From the NCBI RefSeq assembly GCF_018977255.1, contig NW_024704765.1, forward strand, positions 5,704,001 to 5,768,000: DNA of 64,000 bases, given 5' to 3'. How positions within the stretch are numbered: the stretch's first letter is position 1; every line of letters starts with the position of its first letter. The stretch is from Callorhinchus milii. Its lineage: Eukaryota. Positions 20,210-34,025 of this stretch are shown here, one piece after another. Under the pieces are notes generated by a model. That model saw only the letters and a program-made list of their open reading frames with translations. It did no database searches and was not told the origin of the DNA. Made by a program: the position numbers and the translations under genes.

Positions 20210-22598
20210 ATGGAGGTGAAATGGCCGTTTGTGGGAATGGCGTTCTTCATCCTGGTCTCCATCATCATGACCTGCTGTTTTGTCTGGCAGTACAAGCTCC
20301 CGAAAGAGGAGATAAGTACGTCCACAACAAGATTATGAATAGTAATAATCCTTAAGATTTAATTATTACAGCGATTTACAAGGAATATCCAGCACCGAGA
20401 CAGGGCACTGTGCCCAACAAGGTTATTAGTAATGAATTAAGACCCCCCCCACCCCGACCATTCCCCCCTGCACCCCCCCCCCCATCCCTATTTGCCCTTA
20501 ATGAGGACAAGCACTTCCTCCTTTGGCTGAGGGAGGGATACAGTCAGGTTCCTCGATGAATTAAAGTCCCGAGTTGCCTTTGGTGCAAATCAATGGAACT
20601 AAGTATCTCAGAGAACCTTCCTGTTGGACCTCACCTGCTCAAGTCCTCCCCCTGGTGGGTCGACCGAGATATTGACCTGACAACTCCACATACCCGGGGG
20701 GGCTGAGATACTGTTGCACTTGATACAGCGCCCGAGACGTCTCAAAGCGCTTCACGGACTACACTGTAGAGTGTAGTGACTGTGTGTTTTGTGCAGCAGC
20801 CGCAGAGTCCACGCAAACGGTCGTGGATTCAGTGGACCAATTTTTTATTTGCAGGGATTACGACCCCCCGGACAGTGATCCCGCTAATCCACTCACAAGA
20901 CAGTTCCTAACTTACTGCTGGGAAACAGAGACACGTGGAGTAAAGTTGCCTAAAGGTTTCGGTGCCACTCGCTTGTGAGACAAGCTCACTAACCGTGACC
21001 CGACTGGACTAAATGTATACTTGTGCGTATTTTTCAGGTAAATATTCCATTTCTAAAGCACCGGAACCCGTGCAGATGTGTCCACGCCATCCCCAAGCTG
21101 TGCCTCTGGAACATCCCATCCCCATCCTGAAAGAAGCCCTGGAAAAGGTTTGTAAAGGAAATCAAAAAAAATGTTTCGCTGAGCGAAGGCGGATCTCCCT
21201 CTGACTAGAGTATTGTCTATCCTCTGGTCACCTTGTCTGCCGTGAAGGCGACCAACAATGGCCGGTGAGAGAGCCATGAGCTGTGAGCCACCGTTACACA
21301 ACGTGAGTCTCTTCAATCATGAAAGGAGACATCTCAGAGGAGAACCTCAAAGCCATATATAAAAATAATAATCCTTTTAGGACACCCTCCTACCCCTCCC
21401 CCTACCCCTCCTTGCCCTCCACTCCTCCTGATCCTAACCACCAGCTCAGGTCCAAATCCATGAATGTCCAGCGCCTCCAACGTGAAAGGCACTTTACAAA
21501 TGTAATTTTGTTGTTGTTAGGTCAGGGGATCAAGAGATAAGGGGAAGGGGCGGGTAATTGGAGTTGAGGTATAGATCAGCCATGATCTTATAGAATGGCA
21601 GAAAAGGCTCGAAAGGCTGAATGGCCTCCTCCTGTTCCTATGTCAAAAGGAAGTCTCAAAGCGCTTTGCAGGAGTAAAGTGGAGTGACTGTGTGACCCGG
21701 CTGTCGTTTGCAGGTTGACATGTTTCTACGCCATCAGATACATCCACTCAGTCTGCCCTCCATCTCAACTATCGTGATTTACAACGACACCGTACTGTGG
21801 ACTGGCAACTTTGGCAAGAAGAACGCATCCGACGAGTTTTCACCCCCACCCAATGAATACACAGCGTACAGGTACCCCACCCGGTCTGTGTGATAATATA
21901 ATAATATAATAAGCCTGGCAGTTGATACAGAGCCTCATCACGTCTCAAAGCGCTTCACAGAATATACTGTAAAGTGAATTGACTGTATATTTTGTGGGCG
22001 AAACATGGCAGCCGATTGCGCACAGCAGCGTCCCACAAACAGTCATAGAGTGAGTGACCAATTTTCTTTTGGAGGGGAGATTATCACCCCTCAAAAAGCA
22101 GTCTGCCAATCGACTAACAACCGGGTTCCTACTTACTGCTGGTAAACAGATGCGGGTGGAGTAAGGAAACTTGTTTAAGGTTTGGCCCCGTATGTGGGCT
22201 ATAGGTAAAGAGCAGAGAATTGCATTCCCTGTCAGTGTGATTGTCTAACACTGGGGCCATGGTCCTCCGTCTAAAACCTTCTCCCTTCTTCTTCCAGGAT
22301 CGCGAGTCTCTCCAAGATCTTCCCAACTATTATGATGTACAAATTGTGGCAAGAAGGAAAAATCACCTCATTGGACGACCCGCTAACAAAATACATCAAA
22401 AACTTTACTGTTAAAAACCCGCTGGGAAACTCGAGAGAATCCGAACATCACTCCTTGGCGGATGGCCTGATGTTCCTGGAGAAGAGGGAGCCCTTAGTGA
22501 GAACATCAGCCGTCACACTGAAGAGAATGGCCAGTCAGCTGTCAGGTTGGAGACACATTACTTTCTCCCACAACACTATTCTTCAGTAAAACAATAGA

Positions 22599-22646
<48 letters not shown>

Positions 22647-24193
22647 CCTTGCATTTGATTTGGGGCTCGGGAGACATGTGAAGGTCAGTCTCAACACCTA
22701 CCTCATTCCGTCATCTTTCACCCCCCCCTCCCTAACGCCCCTCCTCCCCCACCCCGTCCTCCCGGCGTGAAAGGTTCTGTGTAAATGTAAATTTGTAACG
22801 TTTTGGTACCTTTGGGAAATATTGAAAAGCGGTGAAATCTTCTGCCAATATCCGCAGGGTTACCCAGACGTCTGCGGTCAACAAGTCTGCTGTGGAAAGG
22901 CAACACGCAGATGGCACTCAATCTACTACAGGACGACTTGCTGGTTGCTGACCCTGGCACAAGGTTTGAGTCAACCTTAGACCATTGGTGCTGGGACTTT
23001 CAAGCTCTGGCATTCTTGACCATAGAGCCGTAGATGTTTACAGCACAGGACGGGGGGTACGATGGGAGACGATGGGAAACGAGAGGTCAAGCAGTGGTAT
23101 ATTCTGTGAGGAGAAGCCAAAGGCCTACACATGGTTTGGTCTTGTTCATTAATGTTTGTGGAAGGTTTTGGAGGAAACGTTGAGGTGACCTCACTAACCT
23201 TTTCTCTCCTAATTCCCCAGATGCCACTACAGTAACCTGGCCTTCTCGCTCTTGGCTCACGTCCTGGCTGACAAGGTGGCCGAGTGCGACTATCAGCGCT
23301 GGGTCAGGGAGAACATTCTGGACAGAATGGGGATGGAGCACACAGGATTCGAGTTCACAGCCTCGGTCCGGTCACAGTTGGCGATCGGCGTTTACAGTAA
23401 CGGTCGTCCTGCTCAGCTGTACGACCTGGGCTGGTACCGCCCGTCTGGTCAGATGTATTCCACGGCTGCGGACCTGGCCAAGCTGGCGATGGTCTTCCTG
23501 GGAGCCTTCCACAAACGCCTCCTGGAGCCCGACGCCCTCAAGATGATGCTCACGCCCATGTTTAGATGTTCCGAGGAATACTTTGCCCGGAGGACAGGAA
23601 CGCCTTGGGAGGTCAACGAGCTGTTCGGCTATGACATCGTCAAAAAAGACGGCGACCTGGACGGTTACTCGGCCACCTTCTCGCTCGTCCCCAAACTCAA
23701 GCTGGGCTTCATCGTCCTGATGTCCGGCTCCCGGCCACAAGAGGAAGACCTGACCACCAGTGTTTACAATTACCTGATCCCAGCCATGGAATCCGCCTTC
23801 CGCCAAGCCAGGCGTCTCCTCTCTGCCCCGCCTCACCCCAAGCCCTACGTGGGCTATTACACCTACGCCAACCTGACCTTCTACGAGATCAAGGGAAGCC
23901 CAAGTGGAGTGTTGGTCATGCAGCAGTTTGGGCCTCACATCGAGGACCTGATCCCAGAGAGGTACAGGACCATCCAGTTGCATTATTTGGAGGACAGGGT
24001 GTTCCAGATCGTTTTTAAGAATGAATATCCCTGCGTCCTGCGGTTCAACACCGCTTCCGTCTCGCTGGAGGCTCAAGACGGGCAACTCTTTAATTTTTAT
24101 CAGTTCAACAGGAAAGGCCTGTCTCCCGGATTCGATGCTCCGGGTCTCAACACCTACAACGTTCTTCGAATAAATAAAAAGCCGAGGTTTTGA
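20210..24193 (+). CDS. LACTBL1: Beta-lactamase-like 1 (serine beta-lactamase/PBP fold with N-terminal hydrophobic anchor)
   Basis: Exons 20210-20315 (acceptor at 20171; frame open upstream of the ATG), 21038-21147, 21714-21871, 22298-22545, 22858-22963, 23221-24193, phases consistent. Motifs RIASLSK (SxxK), CHYSN (YxN), KKDGDLDG. N-terminus [28 protein letters not shown]. Position downstream of EPHB2 matches known vertebrate synteny. Confidence 0.9.
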
Positions 24194-25234
24194 GGCTGGG
24201 CCTGGGGTGTTTGGTGGTTCGGGCGGGGTTACAGGCAGAGAGAGAGGAGGGAGAGGGTGGGGGGTGGGGGAGGCTGAGAGAGAGATGGAACCCTGTAGAC
24301 TATGAATTCTTCTTCATATAGTTAGATATAGTCTGAACCCCTCCCCCTCCCGTTATAACGTGACTTGTTTTGAGCGAGTCCGTTGGTTAGGGACATGCTC
24401 TGTACAGGAAGCCAACCAGTGGAAGTCACCTCAGCGCCAACCAGTGGAAGTGGCCTCAGCGACGACCTGATGACCCAGAAGCAGGACAGGTGGCCATTTT
24501 GTATTTTGCAGCCCCATTGTAACATGGGGACTCCAGATGTAAACCCCTAAACACTGTGTGATATTGGAGTTGGACCCCATTTGGTCCGACTCAACTTTTG
24601 GTTTACCGAGAGCTTCTGTGACTGCCGACCTCAACTCCTGGTGTACTCTGCTTCGTAATGGACCTGGATGTCCGTCTCCTGTACTGGGAAGTGCAGAGAG
24701 GCGTTCCAGGCAAACACGTGAAAGCTGCACCCCTCCCATTGGGGCTGTGGTGTGTGTTTTAGCGTCCGGTCGTTCGCCCCGATATCCGTGATGTCGCCGA
24801 AGCGAGAGAAAGGGAAACGAAACAGCCGACCTGTTTGGTGGGAACAGGGAAACCTTTCCCCACTTAACGGGGGGGAAAATAAGCGCTGTAGCTGCGTGAT
24901 CTGCGGCTGTACAGCACTTGCTCCCGACCAGGCAGGACTGCCTGCCAAGGATGCCTGCGGTCTGGTGCCTTCTCTCTCTCTATTGCTGCTCACTGCACTG
25001 GTGACTGTCCACCTGAACAAGCAACAACAACAGACAACATTTACACAGAGCCCTTCAAGTCGGGAGAACGTCCCGGACGGTTGGGAGGTCTATGTTTAAC
25101 GATCCCTCCAACAGGAAGCAGATTCCCAGGGCACAGGTGTGTCCCAGGACCTCCTAACGTGAAAGACACTGTCTCAACAGCAAGGATATAATTCTGATAA
25201 TTATTATTTATAATAATATTATTTATGTTGGAAG

Positions 25235-25650
25235 TTGTTAAAAGAAACAGAGGGGAGGTGAGGAGACATTTTTCACACAGTGAGTTGTTGGGATCTGGAA
25301 TGCGTTGCCTGAAAGGCCGGTGGAAGCCGATTCCGTAACAACTTTTAAGAGAGGCGTAGATCATTATTTGGGGAGGACAAGTTTCCAGGGCTATGGGGAG
25401 AGAGGGGGGAGTGGGGTTGATCAGGGCTATGGGGAGAGAGCGGGGGAATGGGGTTGATCAGAGCTATGGGGACAGATTGAGGGAGTGGGGGTGATCAGGG
25501 CTATGGGGAGAGAGCGGGGGAGTGGGGGTGATGATCAGGGCTATGAGGAGAGAGGAGAGAGAGAGAGCGGAGGAGTTGGAAGCTCTTTCCAAAAAGCGGC
25601 ACAGACACGATGGGGCAAATGACCTCCTTCTGTGCTGTATAATTCTATGA
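25235..25650 (+). mobile_element. CR1-type LINE 3' end with an internal minisatellite expansion
   Basis: GAGGAGACATTTTTCACACAGTGAGTTGTTGGGATCTGGAATGCGTTGCCTG...GGGCTATGGGGAGAGAG (x5)...GGCACAGACACGATGGGGCAAATGACCTCCTTCTGTGCTGTA. Confidence 0.7.
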
Positions 25651-27073
25651 AGATTGTCCATCGGGTTTGTAATATATAATAATATATTATAATAATAATG
25701 TGTAAACATCGCCACAAGCGATTAATCCCACTGGATATGGACCTTGATCTGTCAATAATTCGACACACAATGAAACAAAGTCAAACCACAACACATTGTA
25801 CATTGTAATATTATTCATTTACCCGAGAAGATTTGAGATCTGGATTGTACAGGGTAAAAAATAAACTCAATCGGTCACATTCAACAGAAGCAAGGTTCAC
25901 ATCTGAACAGAAATAAATTAAGAGACATTTTATCCAGACAGACATTGAAAGATCCATAAAATTAGCAACGAAAACGGACACCAAATATTCCTATTTCATA
26001 AGAGATCAAACGGAATTAGTTGTTGTGCCAATCGATAATAAATTTTCCTCACTAACTCGGTTGCTTTTTTTTTTAAAAAAGTGCTCTTTGAGAAACGCGA
26101 CACAAAATCATTTCAGTTTAAAATCAAATCTGGAAGTGGAACAAAGAGCAGGCGGCACAACACATCAGGTTAACCATTGAAGAATTGCGACTGAAGGGAG
26201 AGCAGAGTTCAGGAGTAATTCTTAATAACCTTCTTAAATGTGAGAGCGAGTATTCCACCCCCCACCCCCACCCCCTCCCAATGCACACAGACAGCTTTCA
26301 AACAACAGCAAGTAACAGTTGCACAGCGCCTCTCACGTCGGGAGGACATCCCGAAGCGCTAAGTTTAAAAAAACGTTTAGCTTAAGCACAGCTGTGAGGG
26401 GAGAGAGCCCCGGGATGTTCAGCTCTCACACAGCCCGATCAGTAACCGTGGGCAAGTGTAACTGTAATGATAAGTAAACGTCTCTACTCAGCCCCCAAGG
26501 CCGGTTTCAGGCCAGTCTTGATCTAGTCCACGACAAATTCTGCTTTGGCACAGAGTGGTGTTAGTGTGCATCTGATCCGCCTGGCAAGATAGTGTTGGCG
26601 ACATCACCCTTTCCCTCCCTTCGCCCCCCCCTTCCCCTTTCCCGGTGAACGATTCAGTAAAATTGTATAAATATATATATTTATAACAACAACTTGCACT
26701 TATACAGCGCCCTCCACACAGGGCAGCGTCTCCGAGCGCTGAGACACACACACACACACACACAAGTGAATTTTTGCTGTTTCAAACTTTGTTCATGTTG
26801 AGAAAAGTTCGAGACAGCAAAAATAAACTTCAGCGACTGAATCCCCCCCCCACCCCCCCGTGAAAAGTCTTTGGTCAGACGCCATCTGTTGCTGATGGCA
26901 GAAGCAATGATTGCTGAACACAACATGATTCCTCAGTGGTTTGGGGGTTGTCGGGGGTGGGGGTGGGGGTGGGGGGTGGGGGGGCCGGAAGGGGGAGAGT
27001 CTCCTCACAGGACCGTCTTCTAATTCCTGACTCTGCACAGCTGGGCCCCTCCACACCTCAGCGCGGGAGCTTC

Positions 27074-30000
27074 TCACATTCCCCCCGAATCAATCAGTGT
27101 CTCTCGTTCCTCGGAGCTCTTCGGCCGATACTGTAAAAACTGAGTGATTATCTGCAACGACTGCGTTCAGGAAAAGCATAAACTGTGTCAGAAAATCGCT
27201 GCGATCCAACACACAAACAAACAAACAAACAAACAAACAAACACACACACAAACAAATAAATACAAACAAACGCACAAACAAGACCAAACCAAACAGAAA
27301 TGGCAGGTGGAATGTTAAAGATCCCCTCGGCGCGATTTGAAAAGAGTCTCTCCCGTTTGATGTCCAGGCTAAAGAAACTCCCTCTCCCGCCCCCCGCACC
27401 CCCCACCCCACCCCATCAGTGTCAAGCGCTTCCGCCCCCCCCCCAGCCCGTTTGAATGGTGCGGTGTAAATACAAGTTGTTGTCGTTGTTGTTGTTGAGT
27501 AAAAGGATACGACCAGATCCAGTGACATGGTGCCGAGGCTGCCGAGTAGCCAGGGCAGGTGGTTCAGGATGTAGCTGCCCTCGCCTTGGCCCCTGTCCGG
27601 GTTCATCAGCAGAACGCTCACTCCGTACGTGGCGTTGCCCAGGATGACGCAGACGAAGAGGAAACACGAGATGCCTTCTGTCGACTTCCGCTTAAACTGA
27701 GACCACATTTGTTTTTAAAAAAACACAAAAGATTTTTTTTGACAAAAAAACACCTCCCCCAAGTCTCTGGAATGCTTTGCCCCCCACCCCCCCCCCCCCA
27801 CCACCTCGCTAGCCGTCTCTTCAAATCACCACCTGCTGACTTTCTTCTTTGACGGTACCTTGGGTCACCTCCCCTCCCGTTCCAGCTCCCCGTCAAACCC
27901 CCAACTGCTGTCGAGCGCTGGGGCCTCTGCCCCTATGAGGGGGTTATTGACCCTAACCCTAAGTTACTATTGTCCTGGTTGATTTTATAGAACAAGACAA
28001 ACAGGAATTAAAAGCAGAAAACTGTTTGCTGACGTCCTTCTCTGCTTCCTTCCAAACTACTCCAGCATCCCCCCACCGCCCCCCCCCCTCACCCGGAGAG
28101 CATCCCCCACCCCCTGGAGAGCTTCCCCCCCCCCGGAAACTTACGTTTGTGAGGATCTGAGGAATCCTGGATGACAGGTACAGAACCGCGGAAATCGAGC
28201 CGATCGCCAACCCACAAATGTTTTTGGTGTCAATCTGCGGGTCAGAAGGTTCATCCATCAACAGCGTGAAGACAGACAGTGAACAGGGCAAACTAGTGTG
28301 GGCAATGGTGAGGGGAGGGGGGGCCCGGCAGGGGGTTTGGGGGGGGGAGGCCCGGCAGGGGGTTTGGGGGGGGGCAGGCAACACAATCGATAAGTAACAA
28401 CCTCCCCACACACGCNNNNNNNNNNNNNNNNNNNNNNNNNNNNNNNNNNNNNNNNNNNNNNNNNNNNNNNNNNNNNNNNNNNNNNNNNNNNNNNNNNNNN
28501 NNNNNNNNNNNNNNNNNNNNNNNNNNNNNNNNNNNNNNNNNNNNNNNNNNAAACAGCGATGGAGCGAGCGACCAATTTTATTTGGGGGATTGTCAGCCAG
28601 AGGATCTTTATCATCCACCTGAACAGGCAGACGGGACCTCGGTTTAACATCCCACCTAAAGGCCTGCAGACCATGTGTGTAGTGTGTGTGTAGCGTGTGT
28701 GTAGTGTGTAGCGTGTGTGATGTGTAGCGTGTGTGATGTGTAGCGTGTGTGTGGTGTGTAGCGTGTGTGTAGTGTGTAGCGTGTGTGTAGTGTGTAGCGT
28801 GTATGTAGTGTGTAGGATGTGTGTAGTGTATAGTGTGTAGCGTGTGTGTTGTGTGTAGCGTGTGTGTAGTGTACACTGGCCATTGGGAGTCTGGGATCAG
28901 TCGGAGGCCGTGGTAAGGTGAGCACTGACCTTGTTGGCAGAGGGAGAAGCCACGGCCAGGAGAGATCGCCTGAGCACCTTGGGGCTGTCCAGCCACACAG
29001 AGTCCACTTTGCCGCCAGGAATCAAGGAGATGGATCCCAGAATAGTGAACGTCACAGCGATATTGATCAGACCTTCATCTGCACACAAACAGGTTGTAGA
29101 TTATCCCTTGGACCAGCCTCGCGACACAACCGAACATGCGGGTTTTCGAAACAAACACGGAATACTTGAACCGACGGCTCGGTCCACAAGAAATGTCAGA
29201 TTTCAGCTTCCTATTGTTTCCCCCACGTTGGGGAAAAATGATTTCCCACCAGGTTAAAATGCGGGAAACCCTGGATTAATGCGGGGAAGTGATCAATATC
29301 TTACATTAGTTGAAACATTTTCACCCACAGTTCACCAGGTCATTGAGGAGGAGACCATCACAATTAAAAGGGAATAAGGTTGATATTTTTTAGTTCTGTT
29401 CCTGCACTAATAGCAGAGCGGTGAGGCCGAGGGGATTAAAATAAACTGTCTCCACTAGCTCACTCCTCCAGTTAGTTTCCAAAACAAGTTTCCCCCTTCG
29501 CTCCTCCCGTCCTGAAGGCATTAGACTTCTCTTTCCCTCCTGGATTTGTGTTGTCCACATTGTCACACGAAGATTGGCAACGCCAACCATTCTTAGGTCA
29601 GGGGAGTAGTTAGCAGTTAGTATAGGGTATAGGGCGCTCTGAGGGAACGGGAACAGTTGTGTAGAAGCTGCAGCTGTGTGTGTCAGGACAGCATCACTCA
29701 CAATGTCTGTGTCGGTGCTTCATCTTGTAATACGTGAACATGCCAATCATCACCAGGTCTGCCAGGACATAGTACATTGCGGTGTACGTCTGCAAGAGAA
29801 TCAACAGGAGCAAGGCTGTGAGCTGGTCTCTCCCACACGCACGCGCGTGTGCGTGTGTGCGTGTGTGTGGGTGGGTGTGTGGGGGTGGGGAGGGGGGAGT
29901 GAGGGTGGGTGGGAACGAACTGTAATTAAATCTGTTCCAATTAAGACCCAATCTTTTTGCTCACTGAGTCATGAACCAGCACAGCCCCTGTCTATGCTGA

Positions 30001-30312
30001 GTTGTGTGTGTGTGTGTGTGTGTGTCCCACCCCTTTCCCACCCCTCTGTGATGGCCTACAGTCCCACTGCCATTCCCACACCACTCCTTGCTAGCTCAAG
30101 GATTGCTACACCAACCTCTGCCTCCTCCACCCCCAACCATTGGCGGGTGAGTTTTCAGATACTTTACCCAACTCTCTGACGTCTCTCACTCTGCCTCGAC
30201 CGCCCCTCCTCAACCCCCTATCCACCACACGTCACTACAAATCACTTTAAGAGTTTTGTCCTACATGTCAGGCTCTATGTATAAATTACGTGGTTGTTAT
30301 TGTTGTTGTTGT

Positions 30313-30346
<34 letters not shown>

Positions 30347-32938
30347 CGGATTTACCTGGATTGGAAGCTGGTCAGACAGGAAGGCACCAATCAGATTGCA
30401 GGAGTCGCCCCCCAGCCAACCCAACAGGAACCACAGCGACAAAGCTTGGTCCATATTTCCGGTCTTATAGGAGCTGTAATATTGGCTAAACAAACAGAGG
30501 CTTCAGTTAATCACAGGGCATTGAAATCTTAGTGAGCGCTAGAGTGTCACAGCACAAAAACACAGGCCGTTCTGCCCATCGCAGTCCTGTAGCTCAGTGG
30601 TTAGAGCTCTCGCCTCGCAAGCGAGAGGACCTGGGTTCGATTCACGGGCAGGGCGAAACCTTACGCAAGATCCCTTACTCCACACACGGCTCTGTTTACC
30701 CAGCAGTACATAGGAACCCAGTTGATAGTCGATTGGCAGATCACTTTTCCGGGGGTAATAATCCCTCAAAAAAAAATGGGGTCACTCAATACAAGACTGT
30801 TCGTGGAACGCTGTTGTGCGCATTTAGCTACCGGGTTTCGGTCACAAAATATACAGTCAATCCACTCTGTAATACATTCTGTGAAGCGCTATGAGACGTC
30901 TCAACGACATGTTAAGGCACTGTATCCATTGCAAGGATTAGTATTATTATTATTAACTCGCACCATCAGGACTTTTAACTTCCCACTTGGCAAACTCTAT
31001 CCTATCCATGGAACACACACACACACCTCCTAGTTTTACTTCTTAAACGCAGATTCGCAGCACTCCGAGAAACAGTCCTGCATGAAGTATTTTGTATAAA
31101 GATGCAAATTGCTTTAACCAAACAAATCTCTATGCAGGGCAACAGGTCACGTAGATGCACAGTCATCAGGTTTTCAGTAAATGCGGTTTACTTAAATGCA
31201 AGGCAGGAAGAGGAAGGGAAAAGCTACAAACTTCAGTCATGAGGACAGACAAGGGCAGACTAATCTCGTGAAACCAGAATTAAATGGGAAGTAGATGCTA
31301 AATAGGAGCAATCAAATGATCTGTTCCCGTCACTTGCCGTTCTCACTCTATGATTATTACCCTCGCTTCTCCGGGGGCAATAATCCCTTCAAAAAAAATA
31401 AAATGATAAGTAAGTAATAATTTGGTTACTCGATCACGACTGTTTGTAGGACGCTGCTGTGCGCAATTGGCTACCAGTTTTACCCACAAAATGCAGTCAA
31501 TTCACTTTACAGTCTATTCTGTGAAGCGCTTTGAGTCGTCTCGAAGATGTGATAAGGCGCTGTATCAAATGCCAGGATTATTATTATTATGTATCCCGGC
31601 GACATTTAGAAGAAGAAGCCACCATTTCACCACATTAATGTCACAGTAACATCAAGATGTCCCATCAGGCAAGAATTTCTCTGACTGGACCATTTAGAGA
31701 GATGCTGCTGAATATGTACATCTCACCCTGTTACACAACTGTAGCTGCAGTGAGTCAGAAACGTGAAGCAGAAATGTGAAGCAATTCACACAAAGAGCTG
31801 TTTACTGAGGAAATTCTGAACACATCAGCATTTTGTCCCATGTCTGCAGCCCGGAGCAGAGTGGAACCCACTGCCTCCAGAGGCTGTTAGTGAAACCATT
31901 CTTCACACGGAGGGGAGTGGGATGCAGAATTCTCTGCCACAACCACTCGTTGGAGCAATTGTTTGAAAGGGTAAATCCTTGAAGTGGAGGAGTATTACAA
32001 AGGAACAGAAGGATCAGCCTAGTTTGGCTCATGTGGAGAGAAACACAAGCAGAACATCGATGAGCCAAATGGGCTGTTTCTGTGCAGTGATTTGTAATTA
32101 CAGGTTTGCACTTTACGGGGGGGGGGGGATATTTTTTCTGATGAACCGTCATACAGATGAACAGTTCTTCTGTATTGTCGGATGTGTTTTCCTTGAGGTG
32201 AGACATTAAACCAAGTTCCTGTCTGACTGTTCATGTGAACATCCCGCTGCACTATTCAAAAAGGGAAGAGTTTCCTTCCAGTGTCCTGACTATGAAACTT
32301 CCACATAAACCAGTTTGTGGAACATTGTGGAACATCAGTAAATTGGCTGCTGCGTTCACATTTTACAGTAAAATCCTGTGACACACTTTGAGACGTTTCG
32401 TTAACGAAATAAGACCCTGCATCAAAAACAAGGATTATTATTTATTATCAGACCTCTTCTCACTTAGGTGCTGAGCACGGAAACACAGCATCTAACTGCA
32501 CACAACAGGTCCCACAAACAGACATGGATTGAGTAACTAAAATTGTTTTTCAAAAGGCATTACTACCCCCAGAAAGCAATCCAGCAATCGGCTAATAACC
32601 TGGTTCCTTACTTACTGCTAGGAAAAACAGAGACTGATTGAGTAATCCCCTGCTCTCTCCCCATAGTAAGGTGTCGCCCAGCCCGGGTCCTCTCACTTAC
32701 GACCGAGCGTACCAACTAAAACACGGCAGAACTCCACGAATACTTGCACTCACGGTAAAGAAGAGATCATGAAGAAAATGATGGAGATCAAACCCAGGGC
32801 AACGCTGGCTAGATCCCTGCTATCTTCAGCACACTCGTGGAAAGCATCCCAGATGAGCCAGGAGCCGTTTGGGCAATCCACGGTGAAGTTTCCGTGTAAC
32901 GAGAAGGCAGAACTGCGGGTGAGCCGGCTCCCAGGCAT
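27074..32938 (-). CDS. SLC66A1: Lysosomal cationic amino acid transporter PQLC2/LAAT-1 (PQ-loop protein)
   Basis: Minus-strand exons 32938-32754, 30485-30356, 29789-29702, 29078-28930, 28234-28145, 27696-27511, 27151-27074. Two PQ motifs (SSLP|[12 protein letters not shown]), [29 protein letters not shown], and a C-terminal dileucine-type motif ERETLI. Confidence 0.93.
28416..28550. other. Assembly gap
   Basis: Run of N. Confidence 1.
28675..28872. repeat. GTGTAGC/GT-rich tandem repeat next to an assembly gap
   Basis: Repeated GTGTGTAGCGTGTGT units. Confidence 0.85.
30583..30955 (+). mobile_element. tRNA-derived SINE, full length, in SLC66A1 intron
   Basis: GTAGCTCAGTGGTTAGAGCTCTCGCCTCGCAAGCGAGAGGACCTGGGTTCGATTC head, body and TTA tail. 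Confidence 0.85.
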
Positions 32939-33137
32939 GATTCACCCTGCGATCGGTACCAGGGGCACGCTGGTGAGAAAGAGCAAAACAAAACGTGTGA
33001 CAGAAACCGATAAGGAATAGGCTTTCATGGAAAATCACGTCGACAAATTGTGCTGCTTTCACACTTCCCCAAATCATCCAGTCATCAAAAGATTGTCCGC
33101 AAAACTGTGGCAACATCGCTTTATATAAAGTGACTTA

Positions 33138-34025
33138 TCCCACAGCCCTGATCAACCCCACTCCCCCCACTCTCTCCCCATAGCCCTGATTAACCACACT
33201 CCCCCCACTCTCTCCCCATAGCCCTGATCAACCCCACTCCCCCCGCGCTCTCCCCATAGCCCTGATCAACCCCACTCCCCCGCGCTCTCTCCATAGCCCT
33301 GATCAACCCCACTCCCCCCGCGCTCTCCCCATAGCCCTGATCAACCACACTCCCCCCGCTCGCTCCCCATAGCCCTGATCATCCCCACTCCCCCCCCCCA
33401 CCCATAGCCCTGATCATCCCCACTCCCCCTGCTCTCTCTCTCCATAGCCCTGATCAACCCCACTCCCCCGCTCTCTCCCCAGTCCTGATCAACCCCACTC
33501 CCTCCCCATAGCCCTGATCAACCCCACTCCCCCGCTCTCTCCCCACAGCCCTGATCAACCCCACTCCCCCATTCTCTCCCCACAGCCCTGATCAACCCCA
33601 CTCCCCCGCTCTCTCCCCACAGCCCTGATCAACCTCACTCCCCGCTCCCTCCCCGAAGCCCTAATCAATACCATTCCCCACTCTCTCCCCACAGCCCTGA
33701 TCAACCCCACTTCCCCCACTCGCTCCCCACAGCCCTGATTATCCCCACTCCCCCGCTCTCTCCCCACAGTCCTGATCAACCCCACTCCCTCCCCAGAGCC
33801 CTGATCAACCTCACTCCCCCCCCCCCATAGCCCTGATCATCCCCACTCCCCCGCTCTCTCCCCACAGTCCTGATCAACCCCACTCCCTCCCCATAGCCCT
33901 GATCAACCCCACTCCCCCACTCCCTCCCCACAGCCCTGATCAACCCCACTCCCCCACTCCCTCCCCACAGCCCTGATCAACCCCACTCCCCCACTCCCTC
34001 CCCACAGCCCTGATCAACCCCACTC
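33138..34025. repeat. ~37-bp minisatellite (AGCCCTGATCAACCCCACTCCCCCGCTCTCTCCCCAT), roughly two dozen copies
   Basis: Direct tandem array. The unit is the reverse complement of the array at 25388-25550. Confidence 0.95.

Noticed and set aside
23372-24085. 237-aa ORF antisense to LACTBL1
   Set aside because: Typical antisense shadow of a GC3-rich exon.
20210-24193. Horizontally acquired or contaminating bacterial beta-lactamase
   Set aside because: The gene has spliceosomal introns and sits in the known vertebrate position next to EPHB2; it is LACTBL1.
27090-27198. Alternative SLC66A1 last exon (DFLTQFMLF...)
   Set aside because: The acceptor at 27151 gives IITQFLQYR...ERETLI, which matches the PQLC2 C-terminus and lysosomal motif in the correct phase.
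27959-28996. 345-aa ORF spanning N gap
   Set aside because: Artefact of simple repeats and Ns; only 28145-28234 is a real SLC66A1 exon in that frame.
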